A DNA stretch of 26,269 bases, taken from the IMG/VR virus record IMGVR_UViG_3300010362_000093, positions 1 through 26,269 of that record, one strand, 5' to 3'. The DNA comes from a virus (lineage: Duplodnaviria; Caudoviricetes). The notes under the pieces were generated by a model. That model was not told the DNA's origin, ran no database searches, and was given only the letters and a program-made list of their open reading frames with translations. Positions 16,209 to 23,319 of the stretch are shown here, one piece after another. Every line of letters starts with the position of its first letter. Position 1 is the first letter of the stretch. The position numbers and the translations under genes were made by a program.

Positions 16209-17383
16209 GCGAGCACCCGCGCCAGCGCTCGGGCTTTGCGGCGCACCTCGCGCCCGGGCCGCGTCGGCGGGAGCGTCGGCAGTTGCCCCGTCAACTTCTC
16301 GCGCGCGATATCCGAGTCCGATTTGCCGGTGATGTTGTAGCGCTCAAGCATCGACTTCGTTTTGTGCCCGACGAGATCCATGCAGACCGATCCCGGCACG
16401 CCAAGCCGGACCATGTTCCGGACGGCCGTCCGCCGGAGATCGTGCGGGATCCGATCCGGGCATCCGGCCAGCGTGACCGCGCGCTTCCACTTCCACCCGA
16501 ACGAGCGCACCGGCTGGACGAACTCGCCTCGCGTGCGTGGCGCGGCGCGCTTGCCGCGCGACTCGACGACGCGCACGAACACGTGCGAATCGGAGAACCC
16601 GCGCACCTTGCGCGCGAGGTACTCCGCGTGCAGCGGCCGGAGCAGTTCGTCGAGTTCGGCCGTCAGCGGGAACACCCGCCCCGCGCGGTTCTTCGTCTCG
16701 CCGACCGCGATGCGGATCTCCTTCGCCTCGAAGTCGACGGCCGACCATCGCAGCGGGAGGATCTCGTCGCGCACGCGCCAGCCGGTGAGGTACGCGAAGG
16801 TCACGATCGCGTCGAGGGGCGACTCCAAGTGCGACCGCATCGCGACGAACTCCTCCTTGCTGAAGAACCCGCGCCGGACGTTCGACTCGCCAAGCATCCG
16901 GATCTTCGGCGCGTGCCCGAGCAGATCGAGTTCCATGCCGAGACGGAACAACCGTCGCAGCGCGGCGAGTTCCCGGTTGATACTCGCGTTGGCGTAAGGG
17001 CGACCGGTGCGCGGGCTGATCATCCGCTTCCGCTGCGCCTTGTAGTCCTCGATCTCCAACACGGTGATCTCGGCGAGGGGGCGCCCGCCGAACACCTTCG
17101 CGACGTGCTTCAAGCGCCGCTGAATCACCGGCCACGCCGATTGATCGCGGTTCGTGTAGTCGGTCGCGTAGCGGGCGACGAGATCCTCGAACGTCGCGCG
17201 CCCGGTGAGCGCCGACGCCGGGATCCCCTTGCGGCGCTTCGCGTCGTAGTCGGTCTTACGTTCGATCGCCGTGTCGCGATCCTTCGTGCGAAGGCTGAGG
17301 CGCACCCACTCGCGCCCGCGCTTCACCTTGTGACAGTAGACGCCGTGACGGAGGAAGATCCCGATCGGTTTGCGACGTGCCAT
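16163..17383 (-). CDS. int: Tyrosine integrase (406 aa)
   Basis: SD GGAG then ATG 17383 (MARRKP). Catalytic residues R (TGWRVRDE), K (ETKN), HxxR (HDLRR), H (GHK) and Y (ERYN); SAM-like ASINRELAALR. Confidence 0.95.
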   Translation of the reverse strand: MARRKPIGIFLRHGVYCHKVKRGREWVRLSLRTKDRDTAIERKTDYDAKRRKGIPASALTGRATFEDLVARYATDYTNRDQSAWPVIQRRLKHVAKVFGGRPLAEITVLEIEDYKAQRKRMISPRTGRPYANASINRELAALRRLFRLGMELDLLGHAPKIRMLGESNVRRGFFSKEEFVAMRSHLESPLDAIVTFAYLTGWRVRDEILPLRWSAVDFEAKEIRIAVGETKNRAGRVFPLTAELDELLRPLHAEYLARKVRGFSDSHVFVRVVESRGKRAAPRTRGEFVQPVRSFGWKWKRAVTLAGCPDRIPHDLRRTAVRNMVRLGVPGSVCMDLVGHKTKSMLERYNITGKSDSDIAREKLTGQLPTLPPTRPGREVRRKARALARVLALAPNTGPKDLSRPV

Positions 17384-17570
17384 TGCCTGTGCTCCAGTTG
17401 CGAAGAGATCCCCGGGGAAACGGGGCGGAGCAGGCGTGCTACACTGCGGGCACACCTGCCTCCCATCCGGGGCGGTTGTTGTCTAAGGGGCGTCGCTAGC
17501 TCGCAACTATCGGCGCCCCGCTCCATGTACGGGCCTCCGGTCCTCGGAGGCGCCCGCCACAGCGCGAGGA
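17384..17570 (-). promoter_or_regulatory. Structured integrase 5' leader: hairpins, 4-codon uORF, anti-SD and pseudoknot potential
   Basis: Hairpins at 17531-17555, 17487-17519, 17427-17463 and 17410-17425; uORF at 17453-17439; 8-nt loop-target complementarity between 17501-17508 and 17396-17403. Confidence 0.6.
17452..17525 (+). ncRNA. Candidate cis-antisense RNA of about 70 nt to the int leader
   Basis: Extended -10 TGcTACACT at 17437-17445; the transcript would contain CCUCCC (anti-SD) and end in the GC-rich hairpin 17487-17519. Inferred only: no good -35 and no U-tract. Confidence 0.4.
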
Positions 17571-17602
17571 ACTATATACCACACCTACGCGTAGGATTAC
17601 GC
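17571..17602 (-). promoter_or_regulatory. Putative int promoter with adjacent operator
   Basis: Minus strand TGGTATATAGT (extended -10); palindromes CCTACGCGTAGG (17584-17595) and GCGTA-GGAT-TACGC (17589-17602). Confidence 0.55.
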
Positions 17603-17609
17603 GCCGCGT

Positions 17610-17831
17610 CTATTTTTGGAGGGAAAGTTCGGCGATCCCGGCGAACGTTATCTCGCACGTTTCGTCGTCGGCGACACGCGATCGGATCGGCGCGCGCGAG
17701 GTGACGGTGAGGACCGCGACGTCGTCGCGATCCTCGTGCGCGTAGAAGGTCGCGAGGAGACGCCCGTCGCGCCAGAGTTCGACGACGGGCCTGCTCCTCA
17801 CCGGGTGTGGACTGAGACGGAAATTGATCAT
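17610..17831 (-). CDS. Hypothetical protein (73 aa)
   Basis: ATGA-coupled to the upstream gene; protein-like composition (VVELWRDGRLLATFY). Confidence 0.65.
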   Translation of the reverse strand: MINFRLSPHPVRSRPVVELWRDGRLLATFYAHEDRDDVAVLTVTSRAPIRSRVADDETCEITFAGIAELSLQK

Positions 17832-18091
17832 CGCGGCAAGATTAACTGCAACGTATCAAATTCGCGGCACGCGACGAGGCGGATCTGACCGTCGCGTCGC
17901 GAGGCTTCCTCCTGTAGCGCGCGCTGAATCGACGGCCGATCAATCATCGGTCGTGTCAGAGCGACGAGCGGCATTGCGTCCGCTGATCGTCCCGGTTTGA
18001 AGTGCACGATCGTACGCTCTGCCCCATCTTCCGTGAGGATCCACGCGTAGACCGTCACCGGCACATAGTGATTGGAAGTGTTGTGCGCCAT
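17828..18091 (-). CDS. Hypothetical protein (87 aa)
   Basis: Protein-like composition (VYAWILTEDG...MPLVAL...QIRLV); stop coupled to the next gene; start codon uncertain. Confidence 0.62.
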   Translation of the reverse strand: MAHNTSNHYVPVTVYAWILTEDGAERTIVHFKPGRSADAMPLVALTRPMIDRPSIQRALQEEASRRDGQIRLVACREFDTLQLILPR

Positions 18092-18124
18092 GGTCGGGGC
18101 CTGCCAGTCGTCGAGAGTCGTGCG

Positions 18125-18595
18125 TCATTGGTGAGGGTGTTCCTGTTGCGTGTTCGTGGGCAGCGCGATCGAGAACGGTTTCGCCGTGCGGACGTATTGA
18201 CCATCCCCGACGTTCGTGACGTAGCCGCGGGCGACGAGCACGCCCATCGCCGCGCCGCGTGGCGCGGGCCGCGGCTCGAACTGATCGAAGGTGCTGAGAA
18301 GTTTGTCGGTCCGCGTGCGCTGCGCGCGCATCTTGGCGGTGTGCGCGCCGGTTGGCGCGGCGCGCTTCGCCTTCGGTTTCTTCATCTTCGGTTTCGGTCC
18401 CGGGCGACCGGCGCGCCGCTGCGCGTCCAGCGCGATCGCGGTGTTCAACGCGGTCGGCCGTCCGCTGATCGGCGCCGCGCTGAGGAGCATCTTCAACGCG
18501 GCGACGACGCCGCTGTAGTACTCCAACTGCTCTTGTAATTCCCGCCGCGCCGGAATGCTGAGGACTGGCCCGACGCCGTTACTGATGCTGCTCAT
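18125..18595 (-). CDS. Basic hypothetical protein, possible DNA-binding / nucleoid-type protein
   Basis: SD GGAG; N-terminal amphipathic helix, Lys/Arg/Pro-rich linker (RRAGRPGPKPKMKKPKAK) and winged-helix-like end (LVARGYVTNVGDGQY). Confidence 0.7.
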   Translation of the reverse strand: MSSISNGVGPVLSIPARRELQEQLEYYSGVVAALKMLLSAAPISGRPTALNTAIALDAQRRAGRPGPKPKMKKPKAKRAAPTGAHTAKMRAQRTRTDKLLSTFDQFEPRPAPRGAAMGVLVARGYVTNVGDGQYVRTAKPFSIALPTNTQQEHPHQ

Positions 18596-19103
18596 AGCTG
18601 CCTGTGCTCCATCGGCGCGAAGGGTTGCGATTCACACGTGACCGGGGCGCCGATGCCCGACCCGCGCGGGGAGATCGATCGCGCCGCCGTGAGGACGGCG
18701 CGGCCTCGCGCGCGATCGCGCGGGCCTTGTAGGTGTCGAACGTCACGAACTCGCGCCGCTCGTCGTCGGGGTGATGCTTCGTGGCCCACGATTCGAGCGG
18801 CTGATCCCCGCCGATCTCTTTGATCTCGAACGCGGCGCCGATGACGGAGAACGCGATCGCGCCGACGCCCGGGAGCGCGAGCGAGGCGGGAGCGATCGTC
18901 TCGAACAGTTCGCGCGTGTTCCTGATCGGGAAGCCGGTTAATGCGCGCGACAGGTTCGTCGCGGCGATGAAACTGTAGCAACCCACGGACGCGAGATCAG
19001 AGCGCGTGAACGCCTCCGATCCGATAACGAGGAGTGGTAACTGCGATCGGGTTTGCAGATCGCGGACGACGCTCGCCCCGAGAATGGTTGACGACAGGCG
19101 CAT
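18579..19103 (-). CDS. Hypothetical protein with an HhH-like motif
   Basis: SD GGAGGGG before ATG 19103 (alternative start 19142); TRELFETIAPASLALPGVGAIAF. Confidence 0.68.
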   Translation of the reverse strand: MRLSSTILGASVVRDLQTRSQLPLLVIGSEAFTRSDLASVGCYSFIAATNLSRALTGFPIRNTRELFETIAPASLALPGVGAIAFSVIGAAFEIKEIGGDQPLESWATKHHPDDERREFVTFDTYKARAIAREAAPSSRRRDRSPRAGRASAPRSRVNRNPSRRWSTGSYEQHQ

Positions 19104-19145
19104 AACGGGAATCCCCCTCCGCGCGAGGCGCGCGGTCCCCATCTC

Positions 19146-19460
19146 CTACGCGCTGCGCGAGTGTTTGGTCGGTGTGGACTTCCGTCGGGGCGAACGGAGT
19201 TTCTTGATATGGGGGGGCATCTTCGCAAGGTGCAACACGATCGGGCGGTGTGCAGGCACATGGTCACGAACGTCCCGCCCGGTGATCCCGAACGGCGCCG
19301 CGAGGCGGTTCAGCGTTTCGAGTTTCGGATCTTTCGTACGACCGTATTCGAGTCGGTGGATCACCTGAATATTGACGCCGCTCATTTGAGCTAACTGTTC
19401 GAGCGTCCATCCGGCCCCCACTCGCAACTTGCGAATGACGTCGCCCTCGTGCCATTCCAT
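19146..19460 (-). CDS. XRE-family HTH repressor (CI-like position, no S24 protease domain)
   Basis: IRKLRVGAGWTLEQLAQMSGVNIQVIHRLEYGRTKDPKLETLNRLA; divergent from the Cro-like gene. Confidence 0.88.
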   Translation of the reverse strand: MEWHEGDVIRKLRVGAGWTLEQLAQMSGVNIQVIHRLEYGRTKDPKLETLNRLAAPFGITGRDVRDHVPAHRPIVLHLAKMPPHIKKLRSPRRKSTPTKHSRSA

Positions 19461-19477
19461 CCATGGCCTCGCAGACT

Positions 19478-19526
19478 CTATACAACTTTGCGCGGAGTTG
19501 TATAGCTTAAACGCGTAACACTACGC
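19478..19526. promoter_or_regulatory. Dyad elements upstream of the repressor gene
   Basis: CTATACAACT-N8-AGTTGTATAG (19478-19505) and GCGTA-ACAC-TACGC (19513-19526). Confidence 0.65.
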
Positions 19527-19698
19527 TTCGCCGACTCAGCAACGAAAGAGTACGTTACACGCGGGCGCGACGCAATGGCACCGGTGCCCCTCATAAGTTC
19601 GTGCGCGCGCGCACATAAGCGGAGCGCTCCGATATTCGCCGATTATCGTCGGATTCAACGGTGTTCCGGCGAATGCCTGCCTCCATCGCTGGGCTAGT

Positions 19699-19744
19699 GC
19701 GTGATCCTACACCCTTGACATGGTTCATCACGCGAGCGTAATGT
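19699..19744 (+). promoter_or_regulatory. Rightward early promoter (PR-like) with abutting operator
   Basis: TTGACA at 19715-19720; -10 candidate CGTAAT or TAATGT at 19737-19744; GCGTG-ATCC-TACAC at 19699-19712. Confidence 0.65.
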
Positions 19745-19793
19745 TCCCGATCTCCTACGCTCCCCGCTACACTTGCGTGAGAACTTTGTCACC

Positions 19794-20117
19794 ATGCCCA
19801 AACGACAACCGCGGAGACGCGCGAAGCATCGCGACCCGTCGAAGCATCGCGTAGCGCAGACGCATCTCGACACCGCGACGCCGCTCGCGAACATGCGACA
19901 GGCGCGCACGCTGCGACAAGACCAGATGGCGGATCTTCTGCTCTGTTCGCAGCAGACGTACAGCCGGTACGAGAGCGGCGATCTCCCCGTCCCGCCCGAT
20001 CAGCGGGCGCGGATCGCGACGCTGCTCGGCACGAGTGAAGACGTCCTCTGGCCTGCGACCACGACACCCAAACAACAGCAACGCCCACGACGACGACCGG
20101 TAGTGCCCGCCGCGTAG
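19794..20117 (+). CDS. Cro-like XRE HTH regulator
   Basis: LANMRQARTLRQDQMADLLLCSQQTYSRYESG...RIATLLG...LW; start codon uncertain. Confidence 0.85.
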   Translation: MPKRQPRRRAKHRDPSKHRVAQTHLDTATPLANMRQARTLRQDQMADLLLCSQQTYSRYESGDLPVPPDQRARIATLLGTSEDVLWPATTTPKQQQRPRRRPVVPAA

Positions 20118-20160
20118 GCGCGCGCGCTCCCGCCCGGATGGATCAGAGGGGAGGTTAGTG

Positions 20161-20490
20161 ATGTCTCGAACCCTTGCGATCGTGCAGATCCCGCCGCTCG
20201 GCACGAAGAAGAAAAAGAAGAAGCCGCGCCTCGACGACGATTCGCCGTTCTCGTTCGCGCCCGTCCCGCCGCAGTCGCGCTATCTCACACGTGAACTCGC
20301 CGCGAACTACATCTCCTCGTCGACACGCACGATCGATCGCCTGATCGACGCGGGGCTGCTGACGGTGACGCATCTCCCCGCCGCGATCGCGGGCGGCGGC
20401 GCGAACCGACGCATCCTGATCGATCGCCTCGAACTCGACGAGGTGATGGCGGCAGAGCGCGAGAGCAAGACCCGAAAGCGAGGCGCGTGA
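20161..20490 (+). CDS. HTH_17 / excisionase-family DNA-binding protein
   Basis: SD GGAGG; YLTRELAANYISSSTRTIDRLIDAGLL...RRILIDRLELDE. Confidence 0.82.
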   Translation: MSRTLAIVQIPPLGTKKKKKKPRLDDDSPFSFAPVPPQSRYLTRELAANYISSSTRTIDRLIDAGLLTVTHLPAAIAGGGANRRILIDRLELDEVMAAERESKTRKRGA

Positions 20491-21389
20491 TGGACGCCGA
20501 CGATCCGATCGACCTGGCTCCGGCGACCGCGCTCACGCCGACCGATCCCCGGCATCCCGCCGTCCCGATCACCCTCGACGAACTCGCCGCACAGCGCGGC
20601 GTCGCGGCCGAGATCTTCGACGCCCGGATGACGATCCTCGAAGTCGCGCGGCGCCGGGGCATCCGCATGACGCACCCGGAGGATTGGGTGCTCTTCAAGG
20701 CGCCCGACGGCCGCGTGACCGGCTACCTCCAAGACTGCGGCGCGGAGCGCGCGCGCGACGTGTTGAGCGTCGATATCTACAACGTCGCCGACCCGGTGAA
20801 GATCCCGAGTGCCGACGGCAAGTCGTTCATGTATGTCCAGCGCGCCGACGGCCGCTCGCGCATCACCGGCCAGATCGTCGAGAGCATGGAAGGCGGACGC
20901 GAGTCGACCGAGGATTTTTGTCGGGGCGTGAGCGGCGCCGCGCTCGAACTGAAAGTCCGGAAGGCGACGCGCGCGAACTTGGACGGGAACATCGCGCGCG
21001 AACTCATGGGCCTCAAGAACGTCCCGATCGGCGAACTCCTCGCCGCGTGGGAAGGCACCGACAAGTCGACGGAGCACTGTCGCAGGGGGCGCGGGTTCGG
21101 CACGCAGAACGAACGCCACGGCGGCACGCGCGAGAACGAACCCGACGTCGATCCGCCGACGTGCACGGCGTGCGCGCCGGTCAACGGTCAGCCGGTCAAG
21201 CTGAAATATCGGCCCGCGAGCGGATCGCGCGCCGCGTTCTTCGGCTGTCCCAACTATCAAAAACATCCCGACAAAAAGATCGTCGTCGACGCGGCGGAGT
21301 GGATCGCGCAGCAGCAGCGCGACGCGAAGGACCGCGACGACGCGAAGCAACAAGACGCAGAACTCGCCGCGCGCGAGCGCGAGAAGTGA
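20487..21389 (+). CDS. Putative single-strand annealing / recombination protein with C-terminal topoisomerase-type Zn ribbon
   Basis: PTCTAC...FFGCPNY C-terminal motif; early-operon position upstream of a Cas4-like exonuclease. The annealing function is inferred from context. Confidence 0.55.
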   Translation: MMDADDPIDLAPATALTPTDPRHPAVPITLDELAAQRGVAAEIFDARMTILEVARRRGIRMTHPEDWVLFKAPDGRVTGYLQDCGAERARDVLSVDIYNVADPVKIPSADGKSFMYVQRADGRSRITGQIVESMEGGRESTEDFCRGVSGAALELKVRKATRANLDGNIARELMGLKNVPIGELLAAWEGTDKSTEHCRRGRGFGTQNERHGGTRENEPDVDPPTCTACAPVNGQPVKLKYRPASGSRAAFFGCPNYQKHPDKKIVVDAAEWIAQQQRDAKDRDDAKQQDAELAAREREK

Positions 21390-21396
21390 GGGCGGT

Positions 21397-23109
21397 ATGG
21401 CGAAGCACGACGACAAAAAGAAACCCCACGATCACCACGGTCACGGTCGCACCGACGCAGAGAATCAACTCCCGGTTGTCATCATCGAAACGCCCGAGAA
21501 CGTCGGGTATGTGAATACGCCGTTTCAGATCAATCTGACGCTCAGCGAGGATCCCGACGGCGAGATCGTGAAGACGGTGATCTCGTGGGGCGACCATAGC
21601 GAGAACACCGCGATGGGGCGTCCCGAGTGGGCGTCACACCGCTACCTCGCGCCGGGGGTCTACACGATCACCGTCGCGTGCATGGACGATCGGCGCGACA
21701 TTCGCCAACTCGCCTACGGGACGGCCGTGATCGCGATCGTCGCCGTGGTCCCCTTCGAGGTCGAGGATCTCCACTACGACGCGGAGTCGCCGAACGGCGA
21801 CCCGGTGCTCGTCGTGCTCGATCAAATTCCCGCGGCGACCGGCGGCACGCCGCCCTACGATCCGCCCGTCTACGATCCCGACGATCTCCCGCCGGATGAT
21901 CTGTTTCCGGTCGGCACGTCGATCTGTAAGTTCTACGTGCAAGACGCGGACGGCCGTCGCGCCTATGGCGAAGCGACGATCGAGGTCGTCGACACGACGC
22001 CGCCGCCCGCGGCATTCAAGATCACCGCGCCCGCCGACGAATACATCACGACGCCCGTTCAGCAGGCCGCGGTGACGTGGGACGATCCGGTCGGGACCGG
22101 CGGCACGCCGCCCTATAGCTACCGCTACGAAGAGGACGGGGCGCCCGTCTTCAACGGCGCGCTCTTCGCCGTCGGCGTGCACACCGTCACGGTCATCGGC
22201 ACCGACGCGAAGCGCGCGGAGTCGCGCGACGACTTCGCGATCACGGTGGAACACGTCAGCCCGATCCCGCCGGGAAACAATCAGGAATATTTCGACGCGC
22301 GGGTGCGGCATCCGTCGTGCGTCTTCAGCTACGCGCTCACGAGCGACGAGGAGATCCGGAAGTATCGACGGCAGATGCCAAGCCCGTACGCGCCCTACTA
22401 CGACGAAGCGATGCACGCGATGCGGATCTCGATCCCCGCGGGACAGGCCGGATCGATCCCGAACCAGATCTGGTTGCCGATCAAGATGGCCGATCCCGGT
22501 CAGACGGTGATCATTTGGGAAGAATTGGACGGCCCGAATTGGAACGACAAGGGCGGGTTTACGGGCTGGAAGTATTACCAGATCCGCCGCGACGCCGACA
22601 AAATCTGGTTCGAGATCGGCGCCGGTCCGCAGGCCGAACCCTACGCGCTCGGGAAGGCGCGCGTCCGCCAGTACTCGGTCGTGGGGCCGAACACGATCAA
22701 GGGCAACTACAGCGTCACGGACGAATACGGGACCAAGCAATACAACAACGACTCGATCCGATCGGCCGTCACCGCGCCCGCGAACTACAGCTCGCTCCGC
22801 GCGACGCCGACGCGCCACATGATCGTCATCAATCAGAACCCGGAGGATCCGACCTACTGCGTCTTCGACTACTACGCGACCGATCCGGAGCATCCGCCCA
22901 AGGCGATCCATCGCGGGCTGGAGATCACCTGTCCCGACAAGGCAGGCACCCCGGGCAAGGGACGCCCGCAGCATTTCGATTGGGAGATCAACTCGTCGCA
23001 GTCGCGCCCGTCGCCCGGGCCGGAGGCGTGCTTGTGGGGGCGCTTCGTCACGGTGCATCGGGGCGTCTACGACCCGCTCGCGCTCTTTCAGCAGATCACC
23101 GGATGGTGA
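21397..23109 (+). CDS. PKD + two HYR-like Ig-fold domains + unknown C-terminal domain (570 aa)
   Basis: PKD: DPDGEIV...ISWGD...SHRYLAPGVYTITV. HYR-like: ATGGTPPY...LFPVGTS...IEVVDTTPP and GTGGTPPY...LFAVGVHTVTV...FAITV. Confidence 0.75.
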   Translation: MAKHDDKKKPHDHHGHGRTDAENQLPVVIIETPENVGYVNTPFQINLTLSEDPDGEIVKTVISWGDHSENTAMGRPEWASHRYLAPGVYTITVACMDDRRDIRQLAYGTAVIAIVAVVPFEVEDLHYDAESPNGDPVLVVLDQIPAATGGTPPYDPPVYDPDDLPPDDLFPVGTSICKFYVQDADGRRAYGEATIEVVDTTPPPAAFKITAPADEYITTPVQQAAVTWDDPVGTGGTPPYSYRYEEDGAPVFNGALFAVGVHTVTVIGTDAKRAESRDDFAITVEHVSPIPPGNNQEYFDARVRHPSCVFSYALTSDEEIRKYRRQMPSPYAPYYDEAMHAMRISIPAGQAGSIPNQIWLPIKMADPGQTVIIWEELDGPNWNDKGGFTGWKYYQIRRDADKIWFEIGAGPQAEPYALGKARVRQYSVVGPNTIKGNYSVTDEYGTKQYNNDSIRSAVTAPANYSSLRATPTRHMIVINQNPEDPTYCVFDYYATDPEHPPKAIHRGLEITCPDKAGTPGKGRPQHFDWEINSSQSRPSPGPEACLWGRFVTVHRGVYDPLALFQQITGW

Positions 23110-23112
23110 GCC

Positions 23113-23319
23113 ATGGTGAACGGCACACCGCTCTCCGATCACGCGCGCGAGATGCGCGACGTGCACCGCTGGCATCTCCTCGCGCCGCTGGAAAAGGTCA
23201 TGGTCTGCGGGTTCTGTCACCTCCCGCGGACCTTCCTCAAGTCGCTGTGGAAGTGCGGACGCTATAGCTGCGAAGTCTGCGGCTATCACCTTGACGAGCG
23301 CTGGCGGTCGATCCCATGA
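23113..23319 (+). CDS. Small zinc-ribbon protein
   Basis: CGFC...CEVCG; ATGA-coupled to the next gene. Confidence 0.7.
   Translation: MVNGTPLSDHAREMRDVHRWHLLAPLEKVMVCGFCHLPRTFLKSLWKCGRYSCEVCGYHLDERWRSIP

Noticed and set aside
17940-18128. Alternative 62-aa ORF, or a frameshifted start for the 17828-18091 gene
   Set aside because: ATG 18128 is coupled to the upstream stop but out of frame with the more protein-like ORF. An indel is possible but cannot be supported without reads or homologs.
19575-19697. Short ORFs in the repressor-cro gap (about 40 aa on +, 31 aa on -)
   Set aside because: They have no properly spaced SD and no recognisable motif.
20283-20298. Additional CACGTG-centred parS candidates (also near 18635)
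   Set aside because: The flanks do not match the TGTT(T/C)...(A/G)AACA arms, and both lie inside coding sequence.
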